NCBI GenBank assembly: GCA_037445555.1
Contig: JBBIKG010000009.1
Span: forward strand, 8,894-72,893
Direction: 5' to 3'
Origin: Lentimicrobiaceae bacterium
GTDB taxonomy: Bacteria > Bacteroidota > Bacteroidia > Bacteroidales > JAAYJT01
Length of the DNA: 64,000 nt
Below, piece by piece: positions 42,091-50,653 of this stretch; the stretch's first letter is position 1, and every line of letters starts with the position of its first letter. Position numbers and translations under genes: made by a program. The notes beneath the pieces were generated by a model. That model was not told where the DNA came from. It worked only from the letters and a program-made list of their open reading frames with translations, and ran no database searches.

Positions 42091-42330
42091 GTATGCCAAT
42101 CAGCAAAAATAGTATTTACTTCCAGGCTTTTTGAGTGCTGAGGCAGATAATGCACCCAGTAAGGTTAAAAGGCAAAATTTGGCAGTTTGGGTCATTGTTT
42201 TTGAAAACATTTGCGGCTCTGCCTGTCGGCATTCCAACTGAAACATTGGCACCTGCGATCCCCTTTATCCGGATTAGGTGGCGCCAGTCAGCCTGGCTGC
42301 CTAGAATCGAATTACCTGGTTTGGGTGTAT

Positions 42331-42368
42331 AAAAAAGTAGAAGGCAGACCTGTGAAGATCTGCCTTCT
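42331..42368 (-). terminator. rho-independent terminator after the tRNA-Ser/tRNA-Pro pair
   Basis: 10-bp stem AGAAGGCAGA / TCTGCCTTCT with a 10-nt loop. On the minus strand it is followed by ACTTTTTT. Confidence 0.72.
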
Positions 42369-42371
42369 TAG

Positions 42372-42446
42372 TCGGGGTAGTAGGATTCGAACCTACGACC
42401 CCCTGGTCCCAAACCAGGTGCGCTAGCCGGGCTGCGCTATACCCCG
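42372..42446 (-). tRNA. tRNA-Pro (anticodon TGG)
   Basis: The reverse complement is CGGGGTA-TA-GCGCAGCCCGGCTAGCGC-A-CCTGG-TTTGGGA-CCAGG-GGGTC-GTAGG-TTCGAAT-CCTAC-TACCCCG-A. Confidence 0.9.
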
Positions 42447-42455
42447 AAAAACCTG

Positions 42456-42542
42456 CGGTGAAGGGGGGATTCGAACCCCCGGTACCGTTTCCAGTACGAC
42501 AGTTTAGCAAACTGTTGGTTTAAGCCACTCACCCACCTCACC
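42456..42542 (-). tRNA. tRNA-Ser (anticodon GCT), class II with long variable arm
   Basis: The reverse complement is GGTGAGG...ACAGT-TTGCTAA-ACTGT, with variable arm CGTACTGGAAACGGTAC, T arm GGGGG-TTCGAAT-CCCCC and acceptor CTTCACC-G. Confidence 0.9.
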
Positions 42543-42709
42543 ATTTCGATAAAAGAACGTACCCAACTAATTAACAACGTGATTGAGCGTGTCAGGGATC
42601 GACGTTTTTAGGGGTTGCAAAATTACAAAAAACCTTCATTTATGCAAATGGGCAGTAATATTTATATCAACACATATCCATCCACGGTAAAATTGGCGCC
42701 ATCTCAAGC

Positions 42710-42740
42710 AAAAAGGGCTGCTTTCTGTCGAAAGCAACCC
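42710..42740 (-). terminator. rho-independent terminator after the FadL-family gene
   Basis: 11-bp stem GGGTTGCTTTC / GAAAGCAGCCC (one G-U pair), 4-nt loop, then TTTTT on the minus strand. Confidence 0.75.
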
Positions 42741-42762
42741 TTCTTGACTTAAGACTTATAAT

Positions 42763-44382
42763 TTAGAAGCTATACTCAATGCCGAGGGCAATCACAGAAG
42801 CCGAGCGATTGTATGTTTCCTGATAGTATTCCTTACTGGTGCCAAATGGGACGGCAGCGGTCTTGAAATCCTGAATGTACCAGGTGTTCATACCACCCAG
42901 ATTGATGCTAAGCTTATCATTGTGTATATACTTGATACCGCCTCCAAGGCTGTTGGTCGAAAGGCTGTGACTCTGATCGCTCTGATACATTGAATTCACT
43001 CCCGTCTGGGTTCTCAGGTATCCGAGGCTGAGAACGAACTTGTCGAAGAGGGTATATTCAAGCCCGCCAGCCGCTTCCCAGAGGTTTTTATCAATCACCA
43101 CTTTGTTTTCAACAAAACTTCCACCCACTTTTTTGCCATAATCGGCCTGCCGATCGAGATACATGTGGTATCCGCCATGCAGCTTCAGGTTATCAGTAGC
43201 CTGAACCGATATGCCGGCAGCTAGCATTGAAGGCATATCGTTCGGAGTTTCGGCGCCATCGGGGAACAGATTCACATCATCCTTGGTAGTTTTGTTTACC
43301 ACGTTCATGCTGGCACGATGCTCATACTTAAGACCAATATTCACTTGGTCTGATACTTTGAAATTCACGCCTATGATGGGAACAAAACCTGAACCTGTCT
43401 GTTTGGCATCCAGCTCTTTGTCCTTGGTGCCGTTTGCGTTGTTAGTCATGGCTGTGGCATTGGCTGCATAGGATGCCGATGCTCCGTCAAAAAAGGCTTT
43501 GGCCTGTGCAATGGTCATATTTGCAGGGCTTCCTCCAAGTGAGGTAATGGTGCCCTGAAGCTGTGAAATCTGAGCGGCCGTCAGCCCGGCAGCCGTGCCA
43601 TTGGACAGAAGCACTCCACCACCGCCCGCATTGATAATCGGCTGAAGCGAAGTACCCGTACCAGCCAATACGGTAGAGAGGTTTGAAAGGTAAGCCGAAA
43701 AAGCAGTGAAGAAGTCCGTCGCCTTGACCATGTTGCCTGTAAAGCCGGCAGCCGGGAAGTTCGGATTGATCTGAATGTTCTTCAAATACCCATTATACGA
43801 ATTTGAGATACTCAGGTAGCGCAGGCCTACGGCAACCGAAAGCTGATCGTTTACTTGGTAAGCGGCTGTTCCCTGTACACCCCAGATAATAGATTTAGCT
43901 TGAAAATCAACATCCATTGAGTATTTTGTGGTGGTAACTCCGGCGGCTGTCAGCGATCTCGGTAATGTGGCAGGCTGGTTTTCGAGTGAGGGCAGCCCGT
44001 CCTCGAAGGCTGCACTGCCGCCACCTCCAATCGGGTTTACCGAAAGGGCGAAAGCCAGTTTGTTTTTCTTGTATACTCCGTACAGTGAAGGGAAAAGGGG
44101 TGCAGTAACTCCACCCACAAACTCTTTGGTATTGGCGGGTAGATAGGAGTTGCCGATGGTGCGGGTTTGCTTGATATACTGATTGTTTACCGACAGATGG
44201 AATCCATCTCTGAGAAACGAAATTCCTGCCGGATTATAATACACGGCCTCGATACCGAGGGTGGCATCCTGAGCTGGCATGCGAATAAACGATGCGCTCT
44301 GGTTGGTGTTGGTGACAATGCCACCGGCTAGAACGATGGCGGAAATTGCTGCGAAACCTAGGGTGAATAATGCTTTTTTCAT
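42763..44382 (-). CDS. outer-membrane transport protein, OMPP1/FadL/TodX family
   Basis: Signal peptide, N-terminal hatch consensus NTNQSASFIRMPAQDATLGIEAVYYNPAGISFL, beta-strand periodicity and the C-terminal ...GIEYSF. Contains a Gly/Ala/Thr/Ser-rich insert of about 120 aa. The track start is 44418. Confidence 0.72.
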   Translation of the reverse strand: MKKALFTLGFAAISAIVLAGGIVTNTNQSASFIRMPAQDATLGIEAVYYNPAGISFLRDGFHLSVNNQYIKQTRTIGNSYLPANTKEFVGGVTAPLFPSLYGVYKKNKLAFALSVNPIGGGGSAAFEDGLPSLENQPATLPRSLTAAGVTTTKYSMDVDFQAKSIIWGVQGTAAYQVNDQLSVAVGLRYLSISNSYNGYLKNIQINPNFPAAGFTGNMVKATDFFTAFSAYLSNLSTVLAGTGTSLQPIINAGGGGVLLSNGTAAGLTAAQISQLQGTITSLGGSPANMTIAQAKAFFDGASASYAANATAMTNNANGTKDKELDAKQTGSGFVPIIGVNFKVSDQVNIGLKYEHRASMNVVNKTTKDDVNLFPDGAETPNDMPSMLAAGISVQATDNLKLHGGYHMYLDRQADYGKKVGGSFVENKVVIDKNLWEAAGGLEYTLFDKFVLSLGYLRTQTGVNSMYQSDQSHSLSTNSLGGGIKYIHNDKLSINLGGMNTWYIQDFKTAAVPFGTSKEYYQETYNRSASVIALGIEYSF

Positions 44383-44596
44383 GTTTTCTGTTTTGGTTAG
44401 CAGGGCAAATTTAGACAACTTTGTGAAATTTCCAAATCAATAAGTAATTTTTACAATCTCATTGTCTTGTATGTGAGATAATTATTTCCGGAGAGGCTTT
44501 TCTTGAGTTCTTGAAACTGATCCCCTTAATACTGGCAGACTATTTGTGTACATTAGGCGTTTATAGATATGGACTGATAAAAACCCATTACTACTT

Positions 44597-45307
44597 ATGA
44601 TACTCAGATGCTTTCATTGTCTGTTGCTAACTGTCCTTTTTGTTCAAGGTGCGTTTACCCAGCCACATGGCGGACAAAATCAGACTGATTCTAAAGGCTT
44701 GAAACAAGGATTTTGGAGAAAAGTAAACCCTGACGGATCAGTAATCTACGAAGGGACATTTGTTGACGACAAACCTTCCGGTGAATTCATCTATTATTAT
44801 CCTGGCGGAAAAGTGAAAACACGTATGCAGTTTGACGCAAACGGAAATAAAGCTGAGACAAGGTTCTTTTATCAAAGCGGGGCATTGCAGGCGCAAGGCA
44901 TGTATGCGAATCAGAAAAAAGAAGGGGAGTGGATATTTTTTAATGAAAAAGGTGAGAAACTGTCCGAAGAAAATTACCTGCATGACTTGAAACATGGTAT
45001 TTGTCGCGATTTTTATCCAGGCGGAACTTTGGTAGAGGAATGCAACTACCACCATGGCCTGAAACATGGCTTATGGAAGCAGTTCAATGAGGATGGCAAG
45101 ATGAAAGCTCAGGTGAATTACGAAAAAGGATTGCAACAGGGCCAGGCTTATTATTATTACCCCAATGGTGAAATTTATATCACAGGGCTATATACCGAAG
45201 GCCTCAAACATGGCACCTGGACTTATTACTCTTTTGATGGAGAAGTTGAAAGAATAGAAAAATGGGTTGCAGGGCAATTTGTTGAACCACAACCTCAGCC
45301 CGAGTGA
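44597..45307 (+). CDS. exported MORN-repeat (YwqK-like) protein
   Basis: Signal peptide followed by about 8 repeats of G.W..YY..G.....G.Y..G.K.G. Confidence 0.65.
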   Translation: MILRCFHCLLLTVLFVQGAFTQPHGGQNQTDSKGLKQGFWRKVNPDGSVIYEGTFVDDKPSGEFIYYYPGGKVKTRMQFDANGNKAETRFFYQSGALQAQGMYANQKKEGEWIFFNEKGEKLSEENYLHDLKHGICRDFYPGGTLVEECNYHHGLKHGLWKQFNEDGKMKAQVNYEKGLQQGQAYYYYPNGEIYITGLYTEGLKHGTWTYYSFDGEVERIEKWVAGQFVEPQPQPE

Positions 45308-45960
45308 TGATTGAGCAGATTACCCAACTCCTCCATTTTATCAACCACCGTACAACCCAGCGAACTGAGCCTGTCGGCAATCTGGTGCCCGTTTGTAACC
45401 AGTACACACTGCCAGCCCTGTCCTTTAGCAACCTCAAAATCATGCACAGTATCCCCTATCAGAAGTACTGAGTACGGATGCCCGTTCAGATGACCTGCCA
45501 GCCATTGTGCGGCATCATCTTTCCCGTGGGCAAAATGGTCGCCCGTACCGGCAACCATCTCAAAATAATGCCGGATTCCTTTTTGCACCAGCGACGACTC
45601 AAGCATCTGCTGTTCCATAGCCGAGAGTACGAACTGCCGGTATTCCTTTTTATGCAAATGCTCAAGCGTATCCCTGACTTCGGGGAAAAGCCTGCTGAAG
45701 GGTAGTTTCTGACGGTAAAGGTCAATGAATTCGACGGCCATCACATCGAAAGGCTCAGCCGAAAAATCGAACCCGACCTTTTCATAGTAATCTTTTACCG
45801 GAAACCCGAAAACTGACCTGTACCTGTCGGTACTCAGCTCTTCGAGATTTCGCCTCCTGAGCATCTGGTTAATTGAATCTACGCAGGTTTGAACGTCATC
45901 GAGCAAAGTGCCGTTCCAGTCCCACACCAGGGTTTTTATGGTTGAAATATCGAGTTTCAC
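45295..45960 (-). CDS. HAD-superfamily hydrolase (phosphoglycolate phosphatase-like subfamily IA)
   Basis: Motif I VWDWNGTLLDD (Asn at Asp+2), motif II VLSAM, and motif IV IGDTVHD. 221 aa. Confidence 0.75.
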   Translation of the reverse strand: MKLDISTIKTLVWDWNGTLLDDVQTCVDSINQMLRRRNLEELSTDRYRSVFGFPVKDYYEKVGFDFSAEPFDVMAVEFIDLYRQKLPFSRLFPEVRDTLEHLHKKEYRQFVLSAMEQQMLESSLVQKGIRHYFEMVAGTGDHFAHGKDDAAQWLAGHLNGHPYSVLLIGDTVHDFEVAKGQGWQCVLVTNGHQIADRLSSLGCTVVDKMEELGNLLNHHSG

Positions 45961-46056
45961 ATGGCAAAACTAACAAATATCCCCTTCTCGACATAGGGCG
46001 ATGATGCCCCGTTGATTCAAGCATTGTATATTTGCAGCAATTTATCCGCCAAACGT

Positions 46057-46509
46057 ATGATTCAGAGAATTCAATCCATTTTACTGCTTCTGGCAGGTGT
46101 TGCCGTTGCGCTGATGTTTTTTTTTCCGGTAGCCAGTTTTTATGGCAATGAGTCTTATTTCAGTTTTGGGATTACAGGCGTATCAGATGCCGCGCTGGTA
46201 GCCATCACCACCTGGCCATTACAAGCAACTGCCATCCTACTCACGGTGTTGTCGTTGCTGAGCATTTTCCTATTTAAAAACCGTATGGCTCAGTACCGTG
46301 TTGTGCGATTTGCGTTGCTGGTTGACCTGGGATTCATCATCATGATGTATTTTGGATATATCGACGTGATCGTGAAAAAAGCCAACGTCAGCGCCCAGTT
46401 TGAGGCGGGCACTTATTTTCCGCTTGTTGCCATTGTGCTGTTGCTTCTGGCGGCACGCGCCATTCTTAGTGACGAAAAGAAGGTAAAAGCCGCCGACCGT
46501 TTGAGGTAG
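46057..46509 (+). CDS. small integral membrane protein (DUF4293-like)
   Basis: Four TM helices in about 150 aa. The family call is from overall resemblance only. The track start is TTG 46012. Confidence 0.5.
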   Translation: MIQRIQSILLLLAGVAVALMFFFPVASFYGNESYFSFGITGVSDAALVAITTWPLQATAILLTVLSLLSIFLFKNRMAQYRVVRFALLVDLGFIIMMYFGYIDVIVKKANVSAQFEAGTYFPLVAIVLLLLAARAILSDEKKVKAADRLR

Positions 46510-46515
46510 AAACAG

Positions 46516-47019
46516 TTATTGTTTGCGAGGCAAATCGAACACCTCCAGGTTTTGAGCCCTTCTTTTGATAATTTCCAACCTAATCATCGTGATGTGGGTG
46601 TGAAAACCTGATTTTCCGGCCGCACCCGGGTTGATGTGCAGCAGGGAGTGACCTGGATCAAATTGTACTTTAAGGATATGGGAATGCCCGCAGGCAAAGA
46701 TTTCCGGCTGGTGTGCCCTTATGAGTTTGAGGGCTTGCGGATCATACCTGCCCGGATACCCTCCTATATGTGTGAGCAATATGCGAGCCCCGGCGCAGTC
46801 GAACACCTGAAATGAAGGATAATTTAATCTTATTATCTGGTCGTCAATATTTCCGTGCACTGCACGGAGTGGCTTAAACGCACGCAGGGTTTCGGCGACG
46901 CCGATGCTGCCGATATCACCGCAATGCCAGATTTCATCGATTCCTGCAAAAAAGCTGTACAGCTGTTCAGGAAAACTTCCGTGAGTATCAGACAACACCC
47001 CGACCTTTATTACATCCAT
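46516..47019 (-). CDS. YfcE/MJ0936-type metallophosphoesterase
   Basis: GVLSDTHG, WHCGDIG, AVHGNID and ACGHSH motifs. ATG 47019 overlaps the corA stop by 10 nt. The track start is 47100. Confidence 0.82.
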   Translation of the reverse strand: MDVIKVGVLSDTHGSFPEQLYSFFAGIDEIWHCGDIGSIGVAETLRAFKPLRAVHGNIDDQIIRLNYPSFQVFDCAGARILLTHIGGYPGRYDPQALKLIRAHQPEIFACGHSHILKVQFDPGHSLLHINPGAAGKSGFHTHITMIRLEIIKRRAQNLEVFDLPRKQ

Positions 47020-48074
47020 CGCTTTCGTCTTATATACCAGATCAAACCTAATGCCACCAATGACATTAACCCCAGGGCAAAAGCATACCCGTAACGCCAT
47101 TCCAGCTCAGGCATAAAACGGAAATTCATTCCGTAGATGCCTGCAATAAATGTAAGAGGCATAAAAATGGTGGCGAAGATGGTAAGTGTCTTCATTACGT
47201 TGTTCATGCGGTTTGAAGTTACAGCCATATGCAGCTCCATGAGGCTGGTAATACCTTCCCGCTGCGAATCAAGCCCTTGTGCGAGATAGTTCAGATGGTC
47301 GAGGACGTCGTCAAAATAATTGTAGGTGGCTTCCTCGATAAGGCCGATGTTCTTAAGTTTGATTTTCCGAAGTTCTTCGCGAAGCGGAAGCACACAGCGC
47401 TTCATCTGCATCAGGTCTTTTTTGCAGGTAAGCATGGTCTGCGATATACCGGTGGTTTGGTTGGCAAGTAACGATTCCTCTACCAGGTCAATGTTTTCGT
47501 CGAGGTGATCAAGGATGAGATAATAATTATCCACTATAGTATCGGCCAGTCGGTAGAACAGGTAATCACAGCCACGTTTGCGTATCAGTCCTTTGTCGGA
47601 GCGTATGTTTTCGCGAATGCTTTCAAAAACATCCCCGTCCTTTTCCTGGAAGGTGAGCAAATAATTGCGCCCCAGAATCATGCTGACATGTTCCTGATCG
47701 ATTGCCCCGTCAACCATGCGAAGCATTTTCAGAGTCATAAAAAGATAATCGCCAAAGTCTTCGATCTTTGGCATATGATCGGTGTGCAGAATGTCTTCGA
47801 GCACCAGGGGGTGTATCCCGAACTGGACACCTATGGATTCAATGATCGACGTGTCATGAAGCCCGTTAATATTGATCCAGTTTACTTTTCCCTGAGCGAG
47901 ATTCTCTTTCAGATGATATGCGTCGGCATATATTTTCGAAGAATACGAGTTAGCATCATATTGGTAAAACTCGATAGTTACTTTATCCTGCCTCTTTTCG
48001 GCAGTATACACGAGTGTTCCCGGCATGAGGCCTGGTTTCTTGCTCATTGAGCGTTTCTTTCGTTTTGTTTTCAT
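47010..48074 (-). CDS. corA: Mg2+/Co2+ transporter CorA
   Basis: 354 aa with a cytoplasmic alpha/beta domain and two C-terminal TM helices carrying the YGMNF signature. Confidence 0.92.
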   Translation of the reverse strand: MKTKRKKRSMSKKPGLMPGTLVYTAEKRQDKVTIEFYQYDANSYSSKIYADAYHLKENLAQGKVNWININGLHDTSIIESIGVQFGIHPLVLEDILHTDHMPKIEDFGDYLFMTLKMLRMVDGAIDQEHVSMILGRNYLLTFQEKDGDVFESIRENIRSDKGLIRKRGCDYLFYRLADTIVDNYYLILDHLDENIDLVEESLLANQTTGISQTMLTCKKDLMQMKRCVLPLREELRKIKLKNIGLIEEATYNYFDDVLDHLNYLAQGLDSQREGITSLMELHMAVTSNRMNNVMKTLTIFATIFMPLTFIAGIYGMNFRFMPELEWRYGYAFALGLMSLVALGLIWYIRRKRWM

Positions 48075-48176
48075 GACCGAATTTTCACTAAGCTAAATAT
48101 CCATCCTTTCTCTTTGGTACCCGTTGCAGGAAATCAACGTAGAAGATCAGCAATAAACCTACCGTGGTCTAGAAAA

Positions 48177-49604
48177 TCATTCCTTTTGCCTGAGTTCAAA
48201 TTTTATTTCGCTGATTATTTCCGGGATAGATTCTTCTAGGTAGTCCAACAATTCGAGTATTTTTCCTGCTTTGTATTTGTTTTGCATAACCCGACGAGCT
48301 GACTCAACAATCTTGTTTTTAAGCTGTTCGCGTGGTTGCTTGTCTTCCATGAACTGGGCAACCTCCGTGAACCAAAACAGAATAGGCATGTATACTGAGG
48401 TGCCGATGATTTTTTTCTCTTTTTCGGTCAGATTGTATCGTTTTGCCAGCCAAAGCAACTTAGCGTATTTAGATGCGCTTATCAACGCTTGGGCATAAGC
48501 CGAGAAAAACAGATGCCACCGGGTTTCAAATATTTCTTTCTTATAAGCCTCAAAAAATGTAGTGGCATAGCTGACGGCGTTTTTTGCCTTTCCGTTGTAA
48601 ATGAGCGTACGAATATAGAAACTTACGAAACCGATCTTATTGTAGTAGCTGCTGGTTTTTTTTAGTTCCGGCATCGACTCATTCATGAGCGTTAAGGCTT
48701 TGGCGTATTTTTTACTGCGCAGCAATACTCCACACAGGTTGGCAAGGTAAAAAAGGTAGTCGCTGTTTTTCTGCCGTATGGAAAGATATCCGTAATGTTC
48801 GGCCAGGCTCAGTTCGTTCAGCTTGCTGTGCATCATGGCGCGGTTTGAGTAATAGTTGGCCAAAACCCTTTTTGAGTAGAATGCACCGTTCGTAAATTCC
48901 TTATCAAGCGCATTATACAGCGATCTGAGGTTCTCAAATTCCCGGTAGTTGTAAAACAAAAAAGTGAGCCTTACTGCTGCCCGGTAGCGGGTGTACCCGT
49001 CAAGGGTATTGTCATTAAAAGTGTCGAGCAGGAATGCGCTGAAATGGATAGGTTCGGCATCTAGAGTTTCATGTTGCCGGATGATTTCCTCGGCTGCCCT
49101 GTCGAGCTGGTTGTTTATGGCTATGCTGCGCTGGTATGAGCCTTGATGCGCCTGAAGATAGTTACTGGTAATTTTATGATATCTGGTACGGACCCGAATC
49201 AGCAGGAAATCTCTGAAATACTGAAGTAATTCATAAAACTTAAGAAAATAATAATGCGATGGGGTAATCATACGTACGAACGAAATGATCTGTTTTTCTT
49301 CCTCGGGCAGTATCGAATCAGTCATCACCTGCTTTTCGGTAGCCAGCAGCCATTCATAAAATTTATCTACCTCTTCATGGTCCAGGGTTTCAGTAATCCA
49401 ACCTTTTATATATGAATACACGCGCTTATCGATTCCCTGATCGAATGGCAACTGATTTTCAGGATGATGGGAGTTGTGGTGTATGATTTGGAGGATGGCT
49501 CGGTTATTTTCCTTAACAAATCTGCTGCGGCCAAGCAGCAGGTCGGTTTCATGGGGATACAACTTACCTGCAAAATCAACAAAAGCTGTAAGCTTATGTT
49601 TCAT
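48177..49604 (-). CDS. hypothetical all-helical (TPR-like) protein, about 475 aa
   Basis: Long intact ORF, visibly more AT-rich and richer in Lys/Tyr/Phe/Asn than its neighbours, with no catalytic or binding motif recognised. ATG 49628 lies inside the upstream terminator, so ATG 49604 is preferred. Confidence 0.5.
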   Translation of the reverse strand: MKHKLTAFVDFAGKLYPHETDLLLGRSRFVKENNRAILQIIHHNSHHPENQLPFDQGIDKRVYSYIKGWITETLDHEEVDKFYEWLLATEKQVMTDSILPEEEKQIISFVRMITPSHYYFLKFYELLQYFRDFLLIRVRTRYHKITSNYLQAHQGSYQRSIAINNQLDRAAEEIIRQHETLDAEPIHFSAFLLDTFNDNTLDGYTRYRAAVRLTFLFYNYREFENLRSLYNALDKEFTNGAFYSKRVLANYYSNRAMMHSKLNELSLAEHYGYLSIRQKNSDYLFYLANLCGVLLRSKKYAKALTLMNESMPELKKTSSYYNKIGFVSFYIRTLIYNGKAKNAVSYATTFFEAYKKEIFETRWHLFFSAYAQALISASKYAKLLWLAKRYNLTEKEKKIIGTSVYMPILFWFTEVAQFMEDKQPREQLKNKIVESARRVMQNKYKAGKILELLDYLEESIPEIISEIKFELRQKE

Positions 49605-49626
49605 ATTTTTTTGCCATGAAAATAAC

Positions 49627-49654
49627 AAAAAAGGAGGCGTGTCGCAGCCTCCTT
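49627..49654 (-). terminator. rho-independent terminator after the exported hydrolase
   Basis: 8-bp stem AAGGAGGC / GCCTCCTT with an 8-nt loop. On the minus strand it runs into TTTTTTGTTATTTT. Confidence 0.72.
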
Positions 49655-49678
49655 TTCAAAAGAATTATAAGTTTATGG

Positions 49679-50644
49679 CTACTCGAGAAATGTTTTCACT
49701 TCGCTGTTAAACACCTCGGGTTTTTCGAACATCATAAAATGCCCGCACTTGGGCACCATAATCAGCTTGCTCCCTCTAATGAGCGATGCTCCATGCTCCG
49801 CCACCTTACGGGTGGTGCCCGGATTAAGATATCTATTGGGGATTAGCATATCGTTTTCGCCAAAAAAGATCAAGGTTGGCTTATCGAGGCCGGGCAGTTT
49901 TTCGAGTACAGGCTCATCCACCATGCCGGCTACTGATCTCGATACAGTAAGGCAATACGCATCAAAATCGCTGGCAGTGCGCATAGCGATGCGATCTTCA
50001 ATCATGAATGCTGCGTCTTTCGGCATGCGGAAAAAATTGCTGGCCAGATTGGTTTCGATGGCATCCACCGGTGTAAGGCGCACCATGTTTGGAAACATCA
50101 CCTCCTTGAACCAGTTTTTTTGGCCGGGATGAAAAGCCTCAAATCCTGCCGGATCCACAAGTATCAGTCGTTTGACCAAGTCGGGTTTTTCGAGGGCGAG
50201 CACCAATGCAATCTGCCCGCCCATTGAGTGGCCGGCCAGGTTGACCTGACCAAGGTTTAACTGAGCTATTAGCTCGGAAATAACCGAAGCATAAAACGAC
50301 ATCAACCCGCTATGCGGATTTTTTGATGATTTTCCGTATCCCGGCAAATCAACAGCAATCACCCTGTACGCTTTGCTCAGTTCGCTGATGTTTTTCTTCC
50401 AGGCAGGCATGTAACTTCCCAAACCATGTATCATTATAATGGTTTCATCTCCTTTTCCCTGGTCAGTGTAGGCCAGTGTGATGTCGTTGCCAAGCCGGGC
50501 ATATTTTACCGGGAATCCGTAATCCATCTCGTTCATCGACGTCAGCTTCGGGAGGTTTTTGTATGGGGTGCATGCCATTGCTGACAGCAGAATTATGAGT
50601 GCTGTTATTTTAATAGATTGAATTGTTTTCATGGTTCGTTGCAT
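49679..50644 (-). CDS. exported (probably lipidated) alpha/beta-hydrolase
   Basis: Signal peptide ...ALIILLSAMAC, oxyanion-hole IMIHGLGS, nucleophile elbow GHSMGG and a late His (CGHFMMFE). 321 aa. Confidence 0.8.
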   Translation of the reverse strand: MQRTMKTIQSIKITALIILLSAMACTPYKNLPKLTSMNEMDYGFPVKYARLGNDITLAYTDQGKGDETIIMIHGLGSYMPAWKKNISELSKAYRVIAVDLPGYGKSSKNPHSGLMSFYASVISELIAQLNLGQVNLAGHSMGGQIALVLALEKPDLVKRLILVDPAGFEAFHPGQKNWFKEVMFPNMVRLTPVDAIETNLASNFFRMPKDAAFMIEDRIAMRTASDFDAYCLTVSRSVAGMVDEPVLEKLPGLDKPTLIFFGENDMLIPNRYLNPGTTRKVAEHGASLIRGSKLIMVPKCGHFMMFEKPEVFNSEVKTFLE

Positions 50645-50653
50645 TTCAGGTCA

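Noticed and set aside
45295-45960. The HAD hydrolase has motif I DWNGT (Asn instead of the usual second Asp).
   Set aside because: This is a single-residue deviation that occurs in several HAD subfamilies (for example DxAGT and DxYGT variants). I cannot infer altered chemistry from sequence alone.
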